A DNA stretch of 39,823 nt, taken from Halorhodospira sp. (lineage in GTDB: Bacteria > Pseudomonadota > Gammaproteobacteria > Nitrococcales > Halorhodospiraceae). The position numbers were made by a program, and so were the translations under genes. Positions 10,090-18,194 of the stretch are shown here, in pieces (within the stretch, counting starts at the first letter, position 1; every line of letters begins with the position of its first letter). The stretch spans positions 1 to 39,823 of the forward strand of contig SKYL01000120.1 in NCBI GenBank assembly GCA_007127935.1. The letters run 5' to 3'. The notes under the pieces were generated by a model that worked only from the letters and a program-made list of their open reading frames with translations, was not told where the DNA came from and made no database searches.

Positions 10090-10909
10090 GCACCGGAACG
10101 TCCGGCGCTTCCGGGTGGGCGCCACCTTGGCGCTGGCGTTTCTGTTGGGCGGCTGTGCTTCATCTGAGAAAGCGCCTGCGGATGACGTTTGGGAAGAGAC
10201 CCACTGGGATGACGACGGCTGGGGAGACGACGGTGGCACCTACGACCCATGGGAGCCGATGAACCGCACCGTCTTCGCCTTCAACGACTTCGCCGACACT
10301 TACGCCATCCGCCCGGTGGCCGTGGTCTACCGAGACAAGGTACCGGCGGGCGCACGGCGCAGCCTGCGCAATTTCGTGCGCAACCTCGGCGAACCGTTCA
10401 ACGCCGGCACCAACTACCTGCGTGGACGCGGCCAGGCCGGCACCACCAACGTCATGCGCTTCTTCATCAACACCACCTTCGGCATCTTCGGGCTGTTCGA
10501 CGTCGCCTCCGCCGCCGGTTTGGAGCGAGAACCCTCAGACCTCGGCCTGACCCTCGGTACGTGGCGGGTGCCGGAGGGGCCATACCTGGTACTCCCCCTC
10601 CTCGGCCCCAGCACCGTTCGCGACACCACCGGCCTCGGCGGCCAGTACGTCACTCGGCAGCAGCATAGCCCTTACTACTGGGTCGGTGCCGGCACCCCCT
10701 ACTGGATCGCCGCCGCCGCGGTCGCCGGCCTCGACACCCGGGCGGAACTGCTCTCCCTGGACGAGATCATCGAAGAGACCGGCGCCGACCCTTACATCTT
10801 CATGCGCGAGTCTTACCTGCAGCACCGCCGGGGGCAACTGGGCCGGGACAACGGGTGGGACGACGATTGGGATGACGGCTGGGGCGATGACGGCGGGGAG
10901 TGGGAGTGA
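10082..10909 (+). CDS. mlaA: MlaA/VacJ family outer-membrane lipoprotein
   Basis: 275 aa with a TTG start overlapping the upstream stop by 8 nt and the lipobox LLGGC. The conserved core is NRTVFAFND...IRPVAVVYRD.VP...R.NFVRNLGEP...NTTFGIFGLFDVA...GPYLVLPLLGPSTVRD. W/D/G-rich tails occur at both ends. Confidence 0.88.
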   Translation: MAEHRNVRRFRVGATLALAFLLGGCASSEKAPADDVWEETHWDDDGWGDDGGTYDPWEPMNRTVFAFNDFADTYAIRPVAVVYRDKVPAGARRSLRNFVRNLGEPFNAGTNYLRGRGQAGTTNVMRFFINTTFGIFGLFDVASAAGLEREPSDLGLTLGTWRVPEGPYLVLPLLGPSTVRDTTGLGGQYVTRQQHSPYYWVGAGTPYWIAAAAVAGLDTRAELLSLDEIIEETGADPYIFMRESYLQHRRGQLGRDNGWDDDWDDGWGDDGGEWE

Positions 10910-10970
10910 TGAACAGAGGGCCCACCCCCATGGTCTAAACTTTCATAGCGTCAATGCCGATATCATTCAT

Positions 10971-11231
10971 ATGTTTAACGTGCCCACCATCCGCGACGCG
11001 GCCCGTAACGCCCCGATCCGGCGGCGGGAGGACGTTGTGGCGGTGGAGCCGACCAAACCGTACCCACGCATCGAGCCGTCCGCCCACGGGGACGACGAGC
11101 CGAAACGCCCAGCGGCGGTGGAGGAGCGCCTCCGGCGCCGCCGCCAGCCAGCCCCCGAGGCCCGGGGCCAGCAAGAAGTCACCAACGAAGACACCGGCAA
11201 CCGCCCCGGTCGCATCGACGAATTCGCCTGA
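10971..11231 (+). CDS. Small hypothetical protein (86 aa, charged and probably disordered)
   Basis: This is the internal ATG of track ORF 10686..11231, and the upstream part overlaps mlaA. Third-codon positions are strongly G/C-biased, like real genes here. There is no clear Shine-Dalgarno and I recognise no family. Confidence 0.35.
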   Translation: MFNVPTIRDAARNAPIRRREDVVAVEPTKPYPRIEPSAHGDDEPKRPAAVEERLRRRRQPAPEARGQQEVTNEDTGNRPGRIDEFA

Positions 11232-11238
11232 GTGTGAC

Positions 11239-12357
11239 TCAGTCGTACACCTGCCCCCCGCTGAGGAAGTTGGCCAACAGGCCGCTGGTGCGCGGAAAGA
11301 TCCGCTCGAAGGTCAACACCCAGTAACCGTCGTCCTCCCGTTCCAAGGCGAAGCCCCGGGCATGGATGGTGCCGCGCGACGCCCGCCCCAGGTGCTCCAT
11401 GAAACGCTCGGCGTTCTCCCGACCCCGGAAGCGGCAGCGGAACGGATGGGCCACCTTGTGTTTCTCCCGATACCCGCGCACCGCCCCTAAGAGCGGGTCG
11501 AGGAACGCGGCGCCCAGGCGCTCGCGCAGCCCCTCACGGTCCAATTCCGGCGACTCTTCCAAGATCAGCGCCAACCGCAACAGGCGATTGGTGAAGTACT
11601 CCGGCGGCAACTCCATCAGGCCGTCGGCCATCACCGAGATGTCCTGGATCACCGAGGCGGGCGTAACGTACTTGGCACGCTTCTGGCGGTTGCTCTCTTC
11701 CTTCAACACGACCCCTTCCACCCCTCGGGCGTCCAACCCATCCAGTACCGCCCGCAATACCGAAGGTTGATCGGGGCGGAACCGGCCGTGGGCGGGAACC
11801 GTGGGCAACCCATGCCGGCGACAGGTCTCGTATCGTGCCTCCACCGGGATGAACCCCGGACGGCCCATGCGCATCAGGTCAAAGACGAACAGGACCACGT
11901 CATCGTCAATCCCCGGCGGGTGGCCTTCCAGGTAGGGGTTGCCCGGCCCGGCCACCTCGGCGCAAACGATCAGATCGGGCTCGATGTCGAAGAGGGCCGG
12001 ATCGATGAGGTCCGGCAACCGGTCGGTGGTAAAGGGGCAGACAAACCCGCCCCGGGAGAGCGCCAACCCCTCGCCCCGGTGGCGAAAGATGCGGACGTTG
12101 TAACCGTCCACCTTCTCTTCCACATGGAATGGCGCTTCAAAGTGATGGCGCAGTCCGGTCTCCAGGTTCAACACTCGGCCGATGGGAGGGTACCCCGGCA
12201 CGATATCGCCGCCGAAACGCGCGGTGCCGCGGGAAAGGCCGCGAAACGGGTCGGACAGACGGACATACTCCAAGGCACCGAAGGCCTCCCGCTGCGCCTT
12301 CCCCCGCGCCAGCGCCTCGTCGATGATCGCACCACAGCCCTCCGCCCCATCATCCAT
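11239..12357 (-). CDS. ATP-dependent RNA ligase, Pab1020/MthRnl (Rnl3) family
   Basis: The track ORF was trimmed to the ATG at 12357 (372 aa), preceded by GGGGAGG in the 14-nt gap after the upstream stop. Nucleotidyltransferase motif I is EEKVDGYNVRI (KxDG lysine). The size and overall layout resemble the archaeal homodimeric RNA ligases. Confidence 0.8.
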   Translation of the reverse strand: MDDGAEGCGAIIDEALARGKAQREAFGALEYVRLSDPFRGLSRGTARFGGDIVPGYPPIGRVLNLETGLRHHFEAPFHVEEKVDGYNVRIFRHRGEGLALSRGGFVCPFTTDRLPDLIDPALFDIEPDLIVCAEVAGPGNPYLEGHPPGIDDDVVLFVFDLMRMGRPGFIPVEARYETCRRHGLPTVPAHGRFRPDQPSVLRAVLDGLDARGVEGVVLKEESNRQKRAKYVTPASVIQDISVMADGLMELPPEYFTNRLLRLALILEESPELDREGLRERLGAAFLDPLLGAVRGYREKHKVAHPFRCRFRGRENAERFMEHLGRASRGTIHARGFALEREDDGYWVLTFERIFPRTSGLLANFLSGGQVYD

Positions 12358-12371
12358 GGCCTCCCCGGCGC

Positions 12372-12989
12372 TCAGCCGGCCTCCAGCGCCTGATGGACCA
12401 CTGCCCGGATCTCCTCGGGCAGGTGCTGTGCCAGGGCGGCGGCGTGGGCCTGCTCCGACATTTTCCGCCACGTCTTGCGAATGATGCCCAGCAGCTTCTC
12501 CTCATCATGCTTATGGCCGTGTTCGGCGACGAAATCGGCCAAATAGTGCCGCAGGAAGACCAGGCAGGCCACATCCTCCAGCAGTTGCGCCTCGGGATCG
12601 CTCTTGATGCCCTCCTTGCGCTGCAGCTTGCCCACGTGCTCGATCTCCCTCGAATCGTAGCCGCGCTCGGCCATCAACCCGCCGGTGACCTCAGCGTGGT
12701 ATCGCGCCAAGTCGGTGCGCCAGCGGCGATAGCCAGCCCGGCCCTCCGGATAGTCGCCGCGAGGGACGGTCCACCGGCGGATATGTTGAGCGCGGACGGC
12801 GATACGAACCAACTCCCCACTACCGGGGGCGAATGCCTCCAGCATACGGCTCATCCGCTGACCGTAGAGTAACGCGCGGGGTACTTCCTGGCCGCTCTCC
12901 GGATCGGTCTCTAATACCGGGTCTTCGCGGTTGGCGGCATCAATAGCATCCAGAACAGATTGCAGGCGGCTGGCTTCGGTGATGGTCAT
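12372..12989 (-). CDS. DUF4202 family protein (function unknown; sometimes mislabelled glutamyl-tRNA synthetase)
   Basis: 205 aa. ALLYGQRMSRMLEAFAP...LVRIAVRAQHIRRWTVPRGDYPEGRAGYRRWR...LEDVACLVFL.HYLADF matches my memory of the DUF4202 consensus. ATG at 12989. Confidence 0.75.
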   Translation of the reverse strand: MTITEASRLQSVLDAIDAANREDPVLETDPESGQEVPRALLYGQRMSRMLEAFAPGSGELVRIAVRAQHIRRWTVPRGDYPEGRAGYRRWRTDLARYHAEVTGGLMAERGYDSREIEHVGKLQRKEGIKSDPEAQLLEDVACLVFLRHYLADFVAEHGHKHDEEKLLGIIRKTWRKMSEQAHAAALAQHLPEEIRAVVHQALEAG

Positions 12990-13025
12990 GGATCTCCCAC
13001 GGGTTTAACGGCACATGGAGCGCCC

Positions 13026-13053
13026 ATCGTAGCCCACGGTTAGAATTGTTCAA
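13026..13053 (-). promoter_or_regulatory. Candidate sigma70-type promoter for the DUF4202/RNA-ligase pair
   Basis: On the minus strand, TTGAAC (13053..13048), a 16-nt spacer and TACGAT (13031..13026) lie about 35 nt upstream of the DUF4202 ATG. The site is in the 80-nt gap after the MCP stop. Confidence 0.35.
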
Positions 13054-13069
13054 AGAACCGAGCTTCTGA

Positions 13070-14245
13070 TCAGACGTGAAAGCGTTCCATAAGCCCGTGT
13101 AGCCGGGAAGAGAGACGGGCCAATTCCCCGGCGGCATCGGCGATCTGTCGGGAGCCGGACGCCGTCTCGTCGGCCACCTGTTGGCTGCTCGTGATGTTGC
13201 GATTGATCTCCTCGGCCACTTGGCTCTGCTCCTCGGCGGCCGACGCGATCTGGGCGTTCATGTCATTGATCTTGGAGACCGATCCGGCAATGGTGGCCAG
13301 GTTCTCCGCCGCCTCCTCCACCTGTTCGGCGCACCTCTCGGCACCACTCCGGGCCCCATCCATGGCCGTCACCGCCTCCCGGGCACCCCCCTGGAGCCGC
13401 TCGATCATGCTCTGGATCTCCTGGGTGGAGTGCTGGGTACGCGAGGCCAGCGTATGCACCTCCTCCGCCACCACCGCGAAGCCCCGCCCCTGCTCGCCGG
13501 CGCGCGCGGCCTCAATGGCGGCATTGAGGGCCAGCATATTGGTCTGCTCCGCGATCTCCCGGATCACGTCGAGGACGACGCCGATCCCCTCCACTTCCTC
13601 ATCCAACTTGCGGATCACGCCACCACCGGCCTCCACTTGGCCGACCAGGTTCTCGATCCCACCGATGGCCTCCGTGGCCACCAGCGCGCCGCCCCGGGCT
13701 TCGTCATTGGCGATGCCGCTCTGCTCCGCGGCCGAGGCGGCGCTCTGGGCAATCTCCTGGACGGAGGCGGCCATCTGGTTCATGGCGGCGGCCACCTGTT
13801 CGATATTGTCGCGCTGCTCATCGACGCCGCTCTGGGTCTGCCCGGCGGTGGCGGAGAGTTGCTCCGCCGCCGACGCCAACTGGGTGGTCACGCCGGCGAT
13901 CTCATTGAGCATCTCCCGGAGTTGATCCCGCATCTCGTTGAAGCTGTCCCCGATCGACCCGACCAGATCGTGGCTCTCCAGGTTGCAGCGGACCGTCAAA
14001 TCGTTCTCCCGAATGGCGTTGGCGGCCATCGAGATCTGCTTCAGCTTCCGCAACAACACCAGGTTGACCAGTTGATAGTTGGAGAACCCTAGTACGGGGG
14101 CCAGTAGGATCACCAGCGGCACCCACACCAACGGTCCGGGGCTCCACGCCGTCACCCATTGGGCCACGAACGGCAGCAGAAGGCCGAGCATCAACCAGAA
14201 GATGATGGAGATCAACAAAAGGTTGCGGAGGATACTGGGCTTCAT
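13070..14245 (-). CDS. Methyl-accepting chemotaxis protein (two closely spaced TM helices, HAMP, no substantial periplasmic domain)
   Basis: The MCP hairpin tip is [38 protein letters not shown], and a HAMP-like segment is [22 protein letters not shown]. The start was set at the ATG at 14245 ([11 protein letters not shown]...). The GTG at 14263 is an alternative. Confidence 0.88.
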   Translation of the reverse strand: MKPSILRNLLLISIIFWLMLGLLLPFVAQWVTAWSPGPLVWVPLVILLAPVLGFSNYQLVNLVLLRKLKQISMAANAIRENDLTVRCNLESHDLVGSIGDSFNEMRDQLREMLNEIAGVTTQLASAAEQLSATAGQTQSGVDEQRDNIEQVAAAMNQMAASVQEIAQSAASAAEQSGIANDEARGGALVATEAIGGIENLVGQVEAGGGVIRKLDEEVEGIGVVLDVIREIAEQTNMLALNAAIEAARAGEQGRGFAVVAEEVHTLASRTQHSTQEIQSMIERLQGGAREAVTAMDGARSGAERCAEQVEEAAENLATIAGSVSKINDMNAQIASAAEEQSQVAEEINRNITSSQQVADETASGSRQIADAAGELARLSSRLHGLMERFHV

Positions 14246-14548
14246 AGAGTTCACTCTATCCACTGGCCCTACGCCGGGGGGCGGACCATACCCAATGTTT
14301 GCAGCATGGTGCCGGCGTCGCGGCCTTCACCGGGAATAAGTATATATGGAAACTTTGGGTTCCTCGTTTGTACAGGGAACTTGTCATAGAGCAAATACCC
14401 AAGGGTGGTTATCCTCCGCTGTTGGCGCCTACCCCATAAGTGGTACCCCCGCCCGCTGGCTGTCGACCCGAACGATTTCCCGTTCCGCTAGAATGTATAT
14501 TGCGTATTCGATGGCGCATGCATACCTCAACGGCAACCTGGAGCCCGC

Positions 14549-16345
14549 ATGGACCCACAGCGCCTACCGGCATCCCCGCCCGGGATCCCAAGTACGTTGC
14601 ACATCCTGCTGGTGGCTGAAGAGGGGACCACGGCCCGGCAGGTGCGGGCGGCTTTAGAAGGCGCACTGGGTCCCGGGGTCAAAGAGCGAACCGCGGAGAC
14701 GCTGGCGGAGGGGCGGCGCGCCGTCAAGCGGGGCGGTATCGACTTGGTGCTCTTGGACCTGTCGGTCCCCGGCGCCGATGGAGTTGACCCGGTGGGCGCG
14801 CTCCGCGCCCACACCCACGACACCCCGATCATCACGCTGATCGACCCCGCACGGGGCGACACCATCCCCGAGGCGCTGGAGGCCGGCGCCCAGGACTATC
14901 TGTTCAAAGGGGAGATCGACATTGACGGACTGCGGCGCGCCACCCAGCACGCCCTGGCCCGCATCCGGCTCGAGCAGTGTCTGCGTTACCAGTGCCTGCG
15001 TCCCTGCACCAACCGCCTCCAACCCCCCGAGCAGTGGCACGAAGAGAGCTGGTTGCTGGCTGAACGGGTCAAAGAGAACCAGTGCCTGCTGGAGATTATC
15101 GAGATCTGTCAGCACAGCGAGTGGGACGACGACCGCCTGCTGGAAACGTGCGCGGCCCGGATCCCCAGCGGGTGGCAGGCACCGTCGGAGACCGGGGTAC
15201 GGATCCGCGTCGGTGATCGCACCCACACCTCTCCGGGGTTTCGGGAATCCGACCACCGGCTGACCGCTCCCATCCCGCATGAGCGTCAACCGGGCCGCAT
15301 CGAGGTCTACCGTTGGACTCCAGCCGCGGCTTCACTGCACCGCCCGGTCTTCCTGGAGGAGGAACGGGCCTTGTTGCTGGCGATCGCCACCCAAGTCGGC
15401 CAAGCCCTCAACCGGCGGCACCAGGACGCCTTGCGCCGCAAAGCGGACGAGGAGCTGCGGCTGGCGGCCAGCGTCTTCGCCGCCGCCCAAGAGGGGGTCA
15501 TAATCACCGACGCGGACAACCGCATCCTCGACGTCAACCCAGCCTTCACCGTGATTACCAGATACGAGCGTGACGAAGTACTGGGGCGCAGCCCGGACTT
15601 TCTCTCCTCCGAGCAGCGCGATTCCGAGTCCTATGCCGAGCTTTGGCGGACCCTCGACGAGACCAGCGCATGGCGGGGCGAGGCCTGGAACCGAAGAAAA
15701 TCGGGAGAGATCTACCCGGTACAACTTTCCATCACCGCCGTCCGTTCATCCCACGGGGTAGTCACGCACTATGTGGCGGTCTTCTCCGACATCTCCCAGA
15801 TCAAGGCGCAAGAGCAGCAATTGAAGCTCATCGCCCACTACGACCCTCTCACCGGACTCCCCAACCGCCGGTTGCTGGTGGATCGCATTCAACTGGCCCT
15901 GGCCCAGACCCGGCGGAGCGGCGGGAACATGGCGGTCGCCGTCCTCGACCTGGACGACTTCAAACCGATCAACGATACCCACGGCCACGAGGCGGGCGAC
16001 CACGTGCTCAAGGAGGTCGGTCGGCGGCTCTCGGAGACCCTCCGGGGCGGAGACACCGCCGCCCGGCTGGGTGGCGACGAGTTCGTCCTGGTCTTGATGG
16101 AATTGACCGATGCCGCCCACTGCGCGCAGGCCCTCGAGCGCGTCATTGCCGCCATCGCGGCCCCCATTGACCTCCCAAGCGCCGGGCCGGTGACCGTCTC
16201 CGCCAGCCTCGGCGCCACCCTCTTCCCCCTCGATGGTGGCGAAACCGAACCCGACACCCTGCTACGCCGCGCCGACCGCGCGATGTATATCGCGAAACAG
16301 CACGGCAAGAACCGCTACAACCTCTTCGGCACCGAACCTTATTAG
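14549..16345 (+). CDS. Response-regulator receiver / unassigned sensor module / PAS / GGDEF diguanylate cyclase
   Basis: 598 aa. The REC domain includes LHILLVAEEG...DLVLLDLSVPGADG. The PAS domain includes GVIITDADNRILDVNPAFTVITRYERDEVLGRSPDFL. The GGDEF domain has an intact RLGGDEF active site and an RGGD (RxxD) I-site 5 residues upstream. Confidence 0.9.
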   Translation: MDPQRLPASPPGIPSTLHILLVAEEGTTARQVRAALEGALGPGVKERTAETLAEGRRAVKRGGIDLVLLDLSVPGADGVDPVGALRAHTHDTPIITLIDPARGDTIPEALEAGAQDYLFKGEIDIDGLRRATQHALARIRLEQCLRYQCLRPCTNRLQPPEQWHEESWLLAERVKENQCLLEIIEICQHSEWDDDRLLETCAARIPSGWQAPSETGVRIRVGDRTHTSPGFRESDHRLTAPIPHERQPGRIEVYRWTPAAASLHRPVFLEEERALLLAIATQVGQALNRRHQDALRRKADEELRLAASVFAAAQEGVIITDADNRILDVNPAFTVITRYERDEVLGRSPDFLSSEQRDSESYAELWRTLDETSAWRGEAWNRRKSGEIYPVQLSITAVRSSHGVVTHYVAVFSDISQIKAQEQQLKLIAHYDPLTGLPNRRLLVDRIQLALAQTRRSGGNMAVAVLDLDDFKPINDTHGHEAGDHVLKEVGRRLSETLRGGDTAARLGGDEFVLVLMELTDAAHCAQALERVIAAIAAPIDLPSAGPVTVSASLGATLFPLDGGETEPDTLLRRADRAMYIAKQHGKNRYNLFGTEPY

Positions 16346-16414
16346 CACAGCGATTCGTGCGACGCGGCAAAGAGTGATACGCTTGCGCCGTACCGATACC
16401 GTCGATCCGCCTCC

Positions 16415-17098
16415 ATGACCAAAGAACTCAAAGATCCGGCGTTCCACCAGCGTCTCCAGGAACTAATCGGCAATGAACCGCCGTTCTCCTGGGCCGCACG
16501 CATGGGGATCTCCAAAGGGGCGTTTTCCCGCATCTGGAACCAAGGCACGATCCCGGGGCCGGTCCTTCTCCGCCGCATCCAGGACCGCACCGGCGTCTCC
16601 CTGGATTGGCTGGTCAGCGGACGGGGTCCCAACGGCATCAGCCGCCATTGCCTGCCCGCCTCCCAGGCCGAAAAAGAGTACGTCACCGTCCCATTGAACA
16701 CCCACCACGCCTCCGCCGGCGGCACCCCCACCGTCTACAACGAGCCGGTGGTGGACGCCCTCGCCTTCCGGCGCGACTGGCTGCAACAGACCTTCCACAC
16801 TCCGGCGGAGCACTTGCTGTTGATGGTGGTGGAGGGGGAGAGCATGAACCCGGTCTTGCATTCGGGGGACTTGGTGCTGGTGGACACCCAGGAGGCCGGC
16901 ACGGTGCCTCGTGACGGGATCTATGTCCTCTGGCTGGACAGCACTCTGCTGGTGAAACGGCTGCAACGCCTGCCGGGAGACCACATCCGCGTCTCCAGCG
17001 AGAACCCCGCCTACGCGGATTTCACTATCACCCGCCGTGAGCTGACCGAGGACAATACAGTGGTAGGACGGATCATCTGGTTCGGACGGACCTTGTAA
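16415..17098 (+). CDS. XRE-type HTH / S24 peptidase (LexA/CI-like) repressor
   Basis: 227 aa. The N-terminal HTH is WAARMGISKGAFSRIWNQG...GVSLDWLVSG. A candidate Ala-Gly self-cleavage site lies in HHASAGG. The S24 catalytic Ser is in VEGESMNP and the Lys is in LLVKRL. Confidence 0.85.
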   Translation: MTKELKDPAFHQRLQELIGNEPPFSWAARMGISKGAFSRIWNQGTIPGPVLLRRIQDRTGVSLDWLVSGRGPNGISRHCLPASQAEKEYVTVPLNTHHASAGGTPTVYNEPVVDALAFRRDWLQQTFHTPAEHLLLMVVEGESMNPVLHSGDLVLVDTQEAGTVPRDGIYVLWLDSTLLVKRLQRLPGDHIRVSSENPAYADFTITRRELTEDNTVVGRIIWFGRTL

Positions 17099-17105
17099 AC
17101 CGGCC

Positions 17106-17879
17106 CTACTCGCCGGGGACCGTGGTCCGTTTGCGGCACTTCTTCAGAAACGCGACCAATCGCTGTTGCTGCTTGTCATTCAGCTCAACGAACCGCAACG
17201 CAATGCTGATCCGGTTGCGCCCCTCTCCATACGGATTCTCCGCCGCCACCCGGACCACTTCCCCCGGGAGTTCCAGCGGGGCGCCCGCCTCGCCCAGGTC
17301 TGAATCGACGCTGACCGTGAGTACGCCCCGCTCATAGAGCGCCACCCCCCGGTCCAAGCCGTTTTCGATGCGCAGCAGCGCCCCGGTGGCGGAGATATCG
17401 TAGAGCTTGCCCTGGCACAGGGCGCCATCACCAAAGCCAAGTGAAATCTTGTAATCGCCCAACACCTTGACCCGCCCGGCGCGGCGTTTCTCCGGACGGC
17501 CGAGCACGGCGCGGACCTTCTTGACCAACGTGGGCGCCGTAAATGGCTTGATGACATAGGCATCGACGCCGGACTCGACGGCCCGCATCAGGGATTCACG
17601 ATCGGCCCGAACCGTGATCATCACAAACGGCGTATGGGCGGTGGCGGGGTTCTTCCTGGCCTCGGCGAGGACCTGATCCCCGGTGACTTCGGGCATCTCC
17701 CAGTCGCAGAAAATCCAATCGATCTCCTTGCCCTGCTCATGGATCAACTGCACCGCCTCCTGCCCGTTGGCGGCCTCGAGTATGTTCCTGCAGTCGAGGT
17801 ATCTTCGCAGCACATCGCGGAGAATCGCCCTCACTGTACTCGAGTCATCGACCACGAGTACCACTTTGTTGCTGAGCAT
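17106..17879 (-). CDS. CheY-like receiver domain fused to a PilZ c-di-GMP-binding domain
   Basis: 257 aa. The REC domain includes VLVVDDSSTVR...IFCDWEMPEVTG...DAYVIKPF. The PilZ signatures are RRAGR (RxxxR) and DISATG (DxSxxG). Confidence 0.88.
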   Translation of the reverse strand: MLSNKVVLVVDDSSTVRAILRDVLRRYLDCRNILEAANGQEAVQLIHEQGKEIDWIFCDWEMPEVTGDQVLAEARKNPATAHTPFVMITVRADRESLMRAVESGVDAYVIKPFTAPTLVKKVRAVLGRPEKRRAGRVKVLGDYKISLGFGDGALCQGKLYDISATGALLRIENGLDRGVALYERGVLTVSVDSDLGEAGAPLELPGEVVRVAAENPYGEGRNRISIALRFVELNDKQQQRLVAFLKKCRKRTTVPGE

Positions 17880-17999
17880 GTCGTCGGGGTTCCTGGGTCC
17901 ATGCCCGCGGTCAGCCCGGGGGCGGCTACACTACGTCAAAGACACCGAGAACCATACCGGATTTAGGGCGGGTGATCCAAGCCGGAAGGAGAATAAAGC

Positions 18000-18076
18000 T
18001 GGTGGCTACGGGTGGACTCGAACCACCGACCCTCGCATTATGAGTGCGATGCTCTGACCAGCTGAGCTACGTAGCC
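18000..18076 (-). tRNA. tRNA-Met (elongator type, anticodon CAT)
   Basis: The reverse complement is GGCTACGTAGCTCAGCTGGTCAGAGCATCGCACTCATAATGCGAGGGTCGGTGGTTCGAGTCCACCCGTAGCCACCA. It folds as a canonical cloverleaf: acceptor GGCTACG/CGTAGCC, anticodon stem TCGCA/TGCGA, loop CTCATAA. The acceptor and D arm are near-identical to E. coli elongator tRNA-Met. CCA is encoded. Confidence 0.95.
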
Positions 18077-18081
18077 GGGAT

Positions 18082-18147
18082 AGATTGCTTCGCTGCGCTC
18101 GCAATGACGGCCGGAACTGCGATGACGGCCGGAACTGCAGTGACGGC
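18082..18147. repeat. Second copy of the GATTGCTTCG...GCTCGCAATGACGG repeat, followed by an 18-bp tandem repeat of about 2.5 units
   Basis: 18082..18110 (AGATTGCTTCGCTGCGCTCGCAATGACGG) equals the reverse complement of 5613..5641 with 1 mismatch. The tandem units are AATGACGGCCGGAACTGC (18103..18120), GATGACGGCCGGAACTGC (18121..18138) and a partial AGTGACGGC (18139..18147). It lies between the ychF stop and the tRNA-Met 5' end. Confidence 0.8.
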
Positions 18148-18194
18148 TGCGCTTGCAACGAAGGCGGAAATTCTGAGGGACCGCAGGGGCGGTG

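Noticed and set aside
10971-18076. Genomic island integrated at the 3' end of tRNA-Met (small ORF, RNA ligase, DUF4202, MCP, GGDEF, S24 repressor, REC-PilZ)
   Set aside because: There is no integrase, excisionase or transposase. I could not find by eye a direct repeat of the tRNA 3' end at a distal boundary. Base composition and codon bias look like the flanks. Only a whole-genome comparison could revive this idea.
18103-18147. Tandem 18-bp repeats considered as a possible CRISPR array
   Set aside because: The units are directly adjacent with no spacers, there are only about 2.5 copies, and no cas genes are in the window.
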